Source: Methanobacteriota archaeon (GTDB lineage Archaea; Thermoplasmatota; Poseidoniia; Poseidoniales; Poseidoniaceae). From it: 17,597 nucleotides of DNA. The DNA is taken from the NCBI GenBank assembly GCA_018650165.1, contig JABIGM010000008.1, forward strand, positions 1 through 17,597, in the 5' to 3' direction. Below are positions 1 to 7,631 of this stretch, piece after piece. Both the position numbers and the translations under genes were made by a program. Below the pieces are notes generated by a model, which worked only from the letters and a program-made list of their open reading frames with translations, was not told the DNA's origin and did not search any database. Every line of letters begins with the position of its first letter. Positions within the stretch are counted from its first letter, which is position 1.

Positions 1-1
1 A

Positions 2-115
2 CAGCAGCAGGCTTGGGCTCAGCAGCAACAACAACAGCAGCAACAGCAGGCTTGGGCTCAGCAGCAACAACAACAGCAGCAACAGCAGGCTTGGGCTCAA
101 CAGCAGCAACAACAG
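2..115 (+). repeat. 39-bp coding tandem repeat (AWA + 10 Gln)
   Basis: GCTTGGGCT starts at 11, 50 and 89, a period of exactly 39. Units 11-49 and 50-88 are identical; the third is partial and diverged. Confidence 0.95.
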
Positions 116-241
116 CGAATTGGGCAGCCTGCCCAACCAATGCAACCAACAATTAATTCAGGACTCTCTTGTAGAGGGTGTAGAATTGGTGTAGACCTTA
201 ATTGGAGATTTTGTCCAATTTGCGGAACCCAAAACCGTTGA
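2..241 (+). CDS. 3' end (5'-truncated by window edge) of a glutamine-rich protein with a C-terminal zinc ribbon
   Basis: Frame 2 is open from base 2 to TGA at 239-241: QQQAWAQ10AWAQ10AWAQ6RIGQPAQPMQPTINSGLSCRGCRIGVDLNWRFCPICGTQNR*. It ends in a CxxC-x10-CxxCG zinc-ribbon pattern. It is absent from the ORF track because its start lies outside the window. The stop abuts the stop of the convergent gene at 242-244. Confidence 0.88.
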   Translation, partial: QQQAWAQQQQQQQQQQAWAQQQQQQQQQQAWAQQQQQQRIGQPAQPMQPTINSGLSCRGCRIGVDLNWRFCPICGTQNR

Positions 242-1369
242 TTAAGCAACGAATACTCCATCATCGAGTACTTGGGTATCATCCAACCAAACCGATGGTT
301 TTGTGATTACACCCGGTATATGGATTCCAACCGATGCACTACCACCGAGGCTAGAATTATCGCCTATTGAAAAGTAGCATGTTCCTAGTTGCTTTTCATC
401 TTCCAAAACATGTCCTATCATTCGGGCATTCGGATTCATTCCAAATCCGAATTCTGCCACAGTCCAAACTAATTCTCTATCTTTGGACCGTAATCTAGAG
501 GCTGCTTCACCAAATTGTTGTCGGATTTGTGCAGCAGTAGAATCGCCCTTGATATCGATCACAATTCCCTTTTCGACAACCAATTCAAGTGGCTCTTCAA
601 GCAGTGTCGACTCCCATGTCCCATCAATAATGATAGTTCCATTCATTGTTCCTTCTTTAGGCAAGACAAATGCCTTTCCAGCAGGTAGATTTGTAATCAT
701 TCTAGGCCTATTACAGATACCATTGTCATCCAATTCCCAATCACGCCATGATACTTCGAATTCAACGTCTGTACCATTTGAATCTTTGACATGTATCAAC
801 CGTTTACGCCTTAGCGTTGAAGATAATTCTGAAAGATTCTTTTTGATTTGATTGAAGTCTGCTGTAATTCCTCCATTGATGAACATCTCAGGCGTCATTC
901 CAGGCATTGTAGCAACTCTTGCTCCTTCTTTTACAGCACTTCTAATTGCTCTAGTATGAGTTAACGAATAACGAGTCGGAACTATCACAATCTGTTGTTG
1001 GCGCATTAAATTTGCAACCGGGGCCGGAGGCTCCTCTCCGTGATGCCTACTTTTAGGCATTACAATCAGTAAAACACGGTCAGAACGTTCGGTTGCGGCA
1101 CGATGGAGTGCTTGGCCAATCTCACCAGTAGTGGGGTCACAAACAATCAGAACATTTTCTCCTCGTCGAATGTCCATGCAGGTGTTAGTAACACGCTTTG
1201 CGGATTCAATAAGTGCTAATTCAAGGTCAATTTCTTCAATTTTTTCATCACTTATTTCTTCTAATATTTCGCTTTCAGGAGCCACAGCTTCGATAACCTC
1301 AGTAATCTCATCATCGTCTTCAATATCAGGAACATTTCCCTTCGACTTACGACGGAAGGGTGCGACCAT
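242..1369 (-). CDS. M29 / thermophilic metalloprotease (leucyl aminopeptidase-like) homologue with an acidic N-terminal extension; metal site appears degenerate
   Basis: Family motifs GENVLIVCD, HGEEPP, SLTHT, RVATMPG, NLPAG, AEFGFGMNP, LEDEK and IGDN..LGG are present. Start placed at 1369 (MVAPF) because a TTGAAG box lies 29 nt upstream; the ORF track start is 1384. Confidence 0.85.
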   Translation of the reverse strand: MVAPFRRKSKGNVPDIEDDDEITEVIEAVAPESEILEEISDEKIEEIDLELALIESAKRVTNTCMDIRRGENVLIVCDPTTGEIGQALHRAATERSDRVLLIVMPKSRHHGEEPPAPVANLMRQQQIVIVPTRYSLTHTRAIRSAVKEGARVATMPGMTPEMFINGGITADFNQIKKNLSELSSTLRRKRLIHVKDSNGTDVEFEVSWRDWELDDNGICNRPRMITNLPAGKAFVLPKEGTMNGTIIIDGTWESTLLEEPLELVVEKGIVIDIKGDSTAAQIRQQFGEAASRLRSKDRELVWTVAEFGFGMNPNARMIGHVLEDEKQLGTCYFSIGDNSSLGGSASVGIHIPGVITKPSVWLDDTQVLDDGVFVA

Positions 1370-1392
1370 GTATAGCGCAGACACGCATACAA

Positions 1393-1398
1393 CTTCAA
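1393..1398 (-). promoter_or_regulatory. Putative TATA-equivalent box TTGAAG for the M29-like gene
   Basis: TTGAAG on the minus strand begins 29 nt upstream of the ATG at 1369. The same spacing recurs at other genes. Confidence 0.55.
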
Positions 1399-1423
1399 AT
1401 TGTGCCCGAAATTTTGTGAAATA

Positions 1424-1429
1424 TTGAAG
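1424..1429 (+). promoter_or_regulatory. Putative TATA-equivalent box TTGAAG for the M32 gene
   Basis: AAATATTGAAGG context; TTGAAG begins 29 nt upstream of the ATG at 1453. Confidence 0.55.
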
Positions 1430-1452
1430 GTCGAATCCGTATTCGAATGTAT

Positions 1453-2940
1453 ATGGGCGACCGAGAAGATTTCATGTCGAGAGTAAATGACCTTTACCGT
1501 TTTGAAGCGATACAAGGCCATCTAGGATGGGACCAAGAGACAATAATGCCCTCTAAGGGAGCTAAATCTCGAGGAGAAATACTTGCATGGCTGGCGGGAC
1601 AGCGTCATAGCCGACTTATTGAACCAGAGTTGGGCCACTTGATATCACGCTTAGAAAATACTGAGATGGACGATTTCCTTGCAGCAAATGTGCGAGAGAT
1701 GCGGCGTAAATTTGATGAAGCAGTTAAACTGCCAAATCAGTTTGTTTCTGAATTTACAAAAGCCCGTAGTGAGGCTTTAATCGCGTGGCAAAAAGCCCGC
1801 AGCGATGCCGACTTTTCACAATTTGAAAGCCATCTAGAAAACATGGTCGCACTGACCCAGAAAAAGGTAGAATATCTTGGAACTGACAATACACCTTACG
1901 ATGTACTGTTAGATGAATATGAAGTTGGAATGACTGTAGCGGATTATGACCCACTATTTGCAGGTCTCAAACAGAGATTAGTTCCACTACTCGCTAAAAT
2001 CATGAAATCAGATGTTATAATTCCTAGTTTACCAGAAGAAATGAATTTTCCAGTAGCGGCCCAAGAAGAATTTTGTAATCAAGTTAGTAAGGCGATGGGA
2101 TTTGATTTCCAAGCAGGACGAATGGATGTCTCAACTCACCCGTTCTGTGCGGGCTTGTGGCCTGATGATACTCGGTTCACAACTAGATTCGATGAGAAGG
2201 ACCCATTTTCATGCCTATATGCCGTAATGCATGAGTCCGGACATGGCTTGTACGAGCAAGGTTTACCCCGGGACCATAGTTACTCTCCAGTAGGAATGGC
2301 AGTCTCACTAGGTGTTCATGAGTCACAGAGTAGATTCTGGGAAAATCAAATTGGCAGGACCTCGGCTTTTTGGGATATTGCAATGCCCTGGTTCCGTGAA
2401 CAATTCCCCGAGTGCCCCGATTGGGATAGCGAAACACTTGACCTTGTTGCCAATGAGGTAAAACCCGATTTTATTCGTGTAGAAGCAGACGAGATAACTT
2501 ACAATTTGCATATTATGATTAGGTATGAGATTGAGAAGATGATCTTTAATGAAGGATTAGCGGTAAAAGACATACCTGCTACTTGGAACAAGATGATGAA
2601 GGATTGGTTTGGGATTGATGTCCCAAATGATTCGCTCGGTTGCCTTCAAGATATCCATTGGTCAATGGGGGCCTTCGGTTATTTCCCAACCTATACCTTG
2701 GGGAATCTGTATGCTGCTCAATTACTCCACACTATGTCGAAAGAGCTTGGCAATATTGAAGAAATAATTTCATCAGGCGATTGGTCTAGTATGCTTACAT
2801 GGCTACGTACACGCATCCATGAAAATGGTTCTGTAATGACTCCATCAAAATTGATTGAATCAGCAACAGGTAATGCGCCAAGCCCTGAGGCTTTCCTAAA
2901 TTACGTCGAGAGTAAATATTCCAAGTTATACAACTTGTAA
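1453..2940 (+). CDS. Carboxypeptidase, peptidase family M32 (carboxypeptidase Taq/PfuCP-like)
   Basis: HESGH (HEXXH), STHPF, DxRFTTR, HESQSRFWEN, IRVEADE and HW..G.FGYFPTYTLGN motifs. Start at 1453 or 1447. Confidence 0.96.
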   Translation: MGDREDFMSRVNDLYRFEAIQGHLGWDQETIMPSKGAKSRGEILAWLAGQRHSRLIEPELGHLISRLENTEMDDFLAANVREMRRKFDEAVKLPNQFVSEFTKARSEALIAWQKARSDADFSQFESHLENMVALTQKKVEYLGTDNTPYDVLLDEYEVGMTVADYDPLFAGLKQRLVPLLAKIMKSDVIIPSLPEEMNFPVAAQEEFCNQVSKAMGFDFQAGRMDVSTHPFCAGLWPDDTRFTTRFDEKDPFSCLYAVMHESGHGLYEQGLPRDHSYSPVGMAVSLGVHESQSRFWENQIGRTSAFWDIAMPWFREQFPECPDWDSETLDLVANEVKPDFIRVEADEITYNLHIMIRYEIEKMIFNEGLAVKDIPATWNKMMKDWFGIDVPNDSLGCLQDIHWSMGAFGYFPTYTLGNLYAAQLLHTMSKELGNIEEIISSGDWSSMLTWLRTRIHENGSVMTPSKLIESATGNAPSPEAFLNYVESKYSKLYNL

Positions 2941-2948
2941 ATTTAATT

Positions 2949-3257
2949 TCACTCTTCAGCGTCGTCTTTGTCACTTGTTACCTTTGCCTGAAGTGTATTT
3001 AGCATTCCAGTCAATTCAGCGATAGCATCTTGCAAATCATTTGTTCTATCTTCTTCATTATCTGTGCCGAATGATACTCCCAATAGAGTAATCATAGCAC
3101 CAGATAACATGATGACTGCAGATGTAAACAAATTCCCTAGATTGATAGGATCTTCATTTCCTAACATTACTCCCCAAAGGGCGCCTGCTGCAAAAATCAG
3201 CAATCCAAGTATTATCTGTTGATGTCCCGGTCCAAGTTTTTCTTCTAGTCCACTCAT
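2949..3257 (-). CDS. Small hypothetical membrane protein (2 TM helices plus an acidic coiled-coil-like tail)
   Basis: Two hydrophobic segments (IILGLLIFAAGALWGVML; LFTSAVIMLSGAMITLLGVSF) followed by the heptad-like LQDAIAELTGMLNTLQAKV. It fills the gap between neighbours without overlap. Confidence 0.75.
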   Translation of the reverse strand: MSGLEEKLGPGHQQIILGLLIFAAGALWGVMLGNEDPINLGNLFTSAVIMLSGAMITLLGVSFGTDNEEDRTNDLQDAIAELTGMLNTLQAKVTSDKDDAEE

Positions 3258-3330
3258 AGTGTTCCCCGATGCGAATAATAGTGTTATAGTTAAAATCCTA
3301 ACGGAGAAAATTACTCAAAACGTGCGAATA

Positions 3331-4722
3331 TCAATTCCAAGGCATCATTACCAGAGGTTTACCCACCGCTCCAGGCTCTACGAGACATTGTCCCTTAGGG
3401 CCAGTTGCATCGTTGCGCTCAAAAACCGGAGTCCCGGCAACCACTGTAAGAACAGACCAGCCGACAAGTTCACGGCCATGGAAGGGGTTCCATCCCACAG
3501 TTGTCCAAGAATTAGCATCATCTACAGTTATTTTATTCTCCATATCCACCACTACAATATCACCATCATATCCGACTTCAAGATGTCCTTTGCCAACCAT
3601 TTGGTATGCTTCAGCAACATTTGAGCTCATCCATGCAACTACCTGTTCAATGGTACAGCGACCATCTTTGGCATGGGTTAGCATTGCTGGCATAGATGTT
3701 TCAACACCCGGCATTCCAGATGGAGCATCCGGCCAACCCTTGGCCTTATCCTCAAGTAAATGAGGGGCGTGATCAGTGGCGATACAGGTAATTGTGCCAT
3801 CGAGTAATCTTTTCCAAAGGGTTTGCAGGTCCTTTGCAAATCTTATTGGAGGGTTCATTTTCAAACGTACACCTTGGACTTCAACATCAGTTTCGTCAAA
3901 TGTTAGATGTTGGGGTAATACTTCTGTAGTGATTTGCTTACGCTCTTCAGCAGTAAGTTCGGACAAATAGTCTGCTTCAGCACCACTGGTTAGGTGTAAA
4001 ACGTGCAATCGATGGTTGGTTTGCTTGGCCATATTCACGGCTAAATCAGTTGCATTTAGGGCAGTAATGTCATCACGCCATTCTGCATGTGCTGCAATAT
4101 CCGTTCTGTGCTTCATTTGTTCAAAGCGTTCATTCAATCTATTTTCATCTTCAGCATGAACTGCAATTAGACCAGCAGTATTAGCAAAAATATTCTCGAG
4201 GTGTGCGGTTTCATGAACCAGAAGGTCACCAGTTGATGAGCCCATGAATATCTTGATACCACAAATTCCAGGGTGAGCAACTCCATTTTCGGGAGTACCA
4301 ACTGCTCTCTGAAGTTCATCGAGGTTATCGGGAGTTGCTCCGATGAAGAACCCAAAGTTTGTGATACATTTTGCATTTGCAGATGCGATTTTATCTTCAA
4401 TTGATTCCAATGTGGTTGCAGGTGGTTTGTTATTTGGCATATCTAGGAAACTAGTGATACCTCCGCTTGCAGCAGCAGCGGAACCACTTGCCAAATCTTC
4501 TTTGAATTCTTGACCCGGCTCTCTGAAATGAACCTGAGGGTCAATTCCTCCAGGTAGTAAGTGCATACCATTTGCATCATGAACCATTTCACCCTCGAGC
4601 GGTTCTAAATGTCCCGATGTTGAGATTTCACTTATCACCCCAGAAGAAATTCGTAAATCACCGGTTTCAATCCCAGTCGGCAATACCATTTTCGCTCCAG
4701 TAATCAAAATATTTCCATTCAT
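3331..4722 (-). CDS. pyrC: Dihydroorotase (amidohydrolase superfamily, DPQVHFREPG variant)
   Basis: DPQVHFREPG, DMPN, GIKIFMGSSTG (carbamylated Lys position), HAEDE, LHLTS, KMNPPIR, IATDHAPH and GMPGVET motifs. Start at 4722 (MNGNIL) is supported by SD GAAGGTGAT at 4729-4737. Confidence 0.85.
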   Translation of the reverse strand: MNGNILITGAKMVLPTGIETGDLRISSGVISEISTSGHLEPLEGEMVHDANGMHLLPGGIDPQVHFREPGQEFKEDLASGSAAAASGGITSFLDMPNNKPPATTLESIEDKIASANAKCITNFGFFIGATPDNLDELQRAVGTPENGVAHPGICGIKIFMGSSTGDLLVHETAHLENIFANTAGLIAVHAEDENRLNERFEQMKHRTDIAAHAEWRDDITALNATDLAVNMAKQTNHRLHVLHLTSGAEADYLSELTAEERKQITTEVLPQHLTFDETDVEVQGVRLKMNPPIRFAKDLQTLWKRLLDGTITCIATDHAPHLLEDKAKGWPDAPSGMPGVETSMPAMLTHAKDGRCTIEQVVAWMSSNVAEAYQMVGKGHLEVGYDGDIVVVDMENKITVDDANSWTTVGWNPFHGRELVGWSVLTVVAGTPVFERNDATGPKGQCLVEPGAVGKPLVMMPWN

Positions 4723-4728
4723 TGTATC

Positions 4729-4737
4729 ATCACCTTC
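4729..4737 (-). promoter_or_regulatory. Shine-Dalgarno GAAGGTGAT overlapping the mog stop codon
   Basis: Matches the archaeal SD consensus GGAGGTGAT, lies 6 nt before the ATG at 4722 and contains the mog TGA (4730-4732), implying translational coupling. Confidence 0.75.
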
Positions 4738-5278
4738 TTCTTGCATTCTTAGGACGGAATGCATTACACACTTCGTCATTCATATCGATGTAAGGACCGC
4801 CTAGTAAATCTACGCAATATGGAACCGCTTTCCATATTTCATCGATGGTCTCTCTGATTGCTTTAGGCTGGCCAGGTAGATTGAAAATCAAACTCCCAGC
4901 CCGGACGCCACCCAGTTGTCTAGAAAGAATCGCAGTCGGAACATATTGCAATGAAACCGCCCTCATCTGCTCTCCAAAACCGGGTAGGAGTCTTTCGCAT
5001 ACTGCCTCAGTAGCTTCCGGAGTAACATCTCTGATTGCTGGGCCGGTTCCACCTGTTGTCACAATCACGTTACAACCCAAGTGGTCAACCATCTCAATTA
5101 GTGTATTAGAAATTGCATCTAATTCATCAGGGACTACACGGTAATGATGAGTCCAAGGAGAATTGATCGCCTCATCAAAAAACCCTAGAATCGCAGGGCC
5201 ACCCTGGTCGTCATATTCACCAGAATGTGCTCTATCCGATACAGTCAGGATGCCAAAAATAGCAGGTTCGCCTACCAT
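4730..5278 (-). CDS. mog: Molybdopterin adenylyltransferase
   Basis: ILTVSDRA.SG.Y.D.GGPAI, YRVVPDE, TTGGTGPA.RDVTPEAT, PTAILSRQ and NLPGQPKAIRE motifs. Confidence 0.93.
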   Translation of the reverse strand: MVGEPAIFGILTVSDRAHSGEYDDQGGPAILGFFDEAINSPWTHHYRVVPDELDAISNTLIEMVDHLGCNVIVTTGGTGPAIRDVTPEATEAVCERLLPGFGEQMRAVSLQYVPTAILSRQLGGVRAGSLIFNLPGQPKAIRETIDEIWKAVPYCVDLLGGPYIDMNDEVCNAFRPKNARRR

Positions 5279-5283
5279 GAAAA

Positions 5284-5290
5284 CACCTCA
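5284..5290 (-). promoter_or_regulatory. Shine-Dalgarno TGAGGTG overlapping the upstream stop codon
   Basis: GAGGTG lies 5 nt before the mog ATG (5278) and overlaps the TGA (5288-5290) of the large membrane protein gene. Confidence 0.7.
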
Positions 5291-7387
5291 CTGATTTCCG
5301 TATTTGTCACGAATATCTGCATGGAATGAATCGAGAAGCGTGTCTTCAAACAATTCGGCTTGTCTTCGGGTTTTCGTTGAACGCATATGGAGTACTGCCA
5401 TTCCAATGAAAGCAATAATAGCAATTGGAATTGCAGCTTCAAGTTTGTATTTGTGCATTACAGTAACAATACCCTCTGCAGTATAAGCCCATGTTAAAGA
5501 TGCAATTGCACCACCTACGAATGTAGCCCAAAGCACACGCATAAACTTCATCCGTGACAATAGCCCTAGCATTGCTCCAACTAGAACTCCAGACGCCATA
5601 AATGGAATCCAGACGAAAACAATCAACCCCCAGAATCCCCATTTGTTAATCATTTCACGCTTTTCATTAGCAGTGTACTCTACTGTTGAAAGAATATCTC
5701 CGAACAATTTGGTTTGCAGAACTCTACCACCCAAACCATCTTGTTTTGCTACTGCAGCTACTCTTGAGTCGTTACTATCTTTACTTGAAAGGGTTTCAAC
5801 ACGGCCAGCACCAGAGCGGTCCGCTAAAGTCGAAACTAAATTACGGCCCTTGACAATCAATTCCTGACTTCCAACTAATTCAGGATTTTCTCTTGAAATA
5901 TATTTTCTTAAGTCCTTTTCAATATCTAGGTTTGAATTTTTGAACCGGAAGAAAGCGAATCTCTGATTTGGTTTGTACGCGACGCGAACAAAGATAATTG
6001 AATCTTCACTAGTCACTGTTGCCATTTGAAGGTTCAAATCATTATTTGTACGGAAGAATCCCTTTACAGATTCCCTAACTTCATCCTCTACCTTGGATAG
6101 CATATGCAGATCACGGAAAAATGCAGTGTAGTCTTGGTCTTCCACTTCACCTTCTTCTATCATTCCGCTACCTACGCCTACGCCTGTCTCGAAATCGATT
6201 GCTTGATTGTCGCCAATCGATCGAACAGTAAGTTGTACCGGTTTGAATACACGGAACAGTGCGAACTCTTCTAGAACTTCTTTTAGAATCTCTGAACGCA
6301 CATCTGCTGAATCAGAGAATGTGCCTTCTGTATTGGAATATGGAATCATGATATCGATTGACAAATCACGAACTTCAATCTTGTAAAGGTCCCAATCAAT
6401 TTGGATGTGAAGTCGCCGTTCAGTATTTCTCAAAACATCAACTACCACTTTACGGATATGCGTTCTTGACAACATATCGTCAGTTTCTTGGTGGTATAGT
6501 TTGTACATGACTGGATATGCCAAGAACAAAGAAATTACCGATAAAGAAAGCGAGATAAAAGCCATCCACCAAGCCGGGATACCTGCGGCGCCCCCGGTTA
6601 ACATTGCAGTTTCACGCCCACCGCCCAATTCAGCCCCCATCAATACAAAGCCCCAGTTTCCAAGGTCTGTAACCGACCAACAAGAACGGGGGCCATCTTC
6701 AACAAAGTTTGCTTCTTTCTTTACTTCAGAATCTACGAATGGAAGGAACGACAGGGCATTTTCAGAAGTACTAATCTCAAATTGTAGAGTCTTAGTGAGA
6801 GATTTTGTACCGTTTAACCTATCTTCTTCAGTAGCATTCTCAATGTCTGCTGTTTGGGAATCATAGATGTCGATAAAAATAATCAGGTCATAAGTCCCAG
6901 TACCCAATTCATCGTAACTGATTTTCACTGTTTTTTTATGAACTTCATCTTGAGACACAGGTTCTCCTGCCCCGTCTTCAGTAATCGACCAATTTAGAAC
7001 ATAAATCCCATTTGCCAAATTGCGACCTGATACTTTTAGAATCTCTGCATCGTTATCGGGGTAAGCGTGAATCCAGGGAGTATCCAATACTTCTTCGCAT
7101 TGCTCTCCACTATCGAGTGATGTATCACTTGCCCAATGATCAAGGCTAGTTGATTCTCCAAATACCCCTCCTGCCATTCCAAATAAGAGCATTGCAAATA
7201 CAGCGCCATAACCTAGCCCTGCCAACAAAGTCCAATCTTCAATAGCAGAGGGGAACCGTCTTTTGGAATTGGAATTCCTTCGCTTTCTAATCGCAGAGAG
7301 TTCTTTGGATACCTTGTCTACAGGTTTGCTATCGCTAGCATCTCCAATATTGGTGCCGATATCACTTTCGATATTTTTCGACCCCAT
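5288..7387 (-). CDS. Multi-domain membrane protein with a small multi-drug export (COG2426 / PF06695-like) domain
   Basis: C-terminal KWGFWGLIVFVWIPFMASGVLVGAMLG resembles the kyG..GL..FV.iP.p.tG...ga motif of this family. An N-terminal-half-like segment (MGAELGGGRETAMLTG..AGIP.WWMAFIS) sits about 280 aa earlier. Start at 7387 or 7414. Confidence 0.7.
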   Translation of the reverse strand: MGSKNIESDIGTNIGDASDSKPVDKVSKELSAIRKRRNSNSKRRFPSAIEDWTLLAGLGYGAVFAMLLFGMAGGVFGESTSLDHWASDTSLDSGEQCEEVLDTPWIHAYPDNDAEILKVSGRNLANGIYVLNWSITEDGAGEPVSQDEVHKKTVKISYDELGTGTYDLIIFIDIYDSQTADIENATEEDRLNGTKSLTKTLQFEISTSENALSFLPFVDSEVKKEANFVEDGPRSCWSVTDLGNWGFVLMGAELGGGRETAMLTGGAAGIPAWWMAFISLSLSVISLFLAYPVMYKLYHQETDDMLSRTHIRKVVVDVLRNTERRLHIQIDWDLYKIEVRDLSIDIMIPYSNTEGTFSDSADVRSEILKEVLEEFALFRVFKPVQLTVRSIGDNQAIDFETGVGVGSGMIEEGEVEDQDYTAFFRDLHMLSKVEDEVRESVKGFFRTNNDLNLQMATVTSEDSIIFVRVAYKPNQRFAFFRFKNSNLDIEKDLRKYISRENPELVGSQELIVKGRNLVSTLADRSGAGRVETLSSKDSNDSRVAAVAKQDGLGGRVLQTKLFGDILSTVEYTANEKREMINKWGFWGLIVFVWIPFMASGVLVGAMLGLLSRMKFMRVLWATFVGGAIASLTWAYTAEGIVTVMHKYKLEAAIPIAIIAFIGMAVLHMRSTKTRRQAELFEDTLLDSFHADIRDKYGNQ

Positions 7388-7508
7388 GTTTGCCCCTACG
7401 GGGCATAAGCACATGAAGGCTATGCTGGTTTTAGGATTAAGTGATTATTTTTTTGGAACATTTGATTCCAATCAAATACCCAATAATACACTCTATATCG
7501 TGGAGTTG

Positions 7509-7584
7509 TGGTGGGTTAGGCCGGACTTGAACCAGCGACCTCGGCATCTTCAGTGCCGCGCTCTCCCAACTAAGCTACTAACCC
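7509..7584 (-). tRNA. tRNA-Phe(GAA), intronless, genomically encoded 3' CCA
   Basis: The reverse complement folds as a cloverleaf: GGGTTAG TA GCTT AGTTGGGA GAGC G CGGCA CTGAAGA TGCCG AGGTC GCTGG TTCAAGT CCGGC CTAACCC A CCA (76 nt). Confidence 0.98.
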
Positions 7585-7611
7585 GGGATAACCTCGCCAC
7601 ACGCATCAGCA

Positions 7612-7617
7612 TTTCAA
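7612..7617 (-). promoter_or_regulatory. Putative TTGAAA box for tRNA-Phe
   Basis: TTGAAA begins 33 nt upstream of the mature tRNA 5' end (7584), compatible with a leader of a few nt. Confidence 0.4.
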
Positions 7618-7631
7618 GCCTTACGGCTCAA

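Noticed and set aside
2-115. 39-bp repeat as a possible CRISPR array
   Set aside because: The units are contiguous with no unique spacers, the period is a multiple of 3, and they encode an in-frame polyQ tract. No cas genes are present.
97-282. 61-aa minus ORF ending in CCCCC
   Set aside because: It is the antisense shadow of the CAG/CAA tract and the zinc-ribbon gene, and it overlaps two better-supported CDSs.
4723-4779. Longer dihydroorotase start at 4779 given by the ORF track
   Set aside because: It overlaps mog by 50 bp. The ATG at 4722 has a well-placed GAAGGTGAT SD and matches where family homology begins.
7509-7584. tRNA-Phe as an integration site for a mobile element
   Set aside because: I saw no duplicated tRNA 3' end, integrase or foreign-looking genes on either side; both flanks are housekeeping-like.
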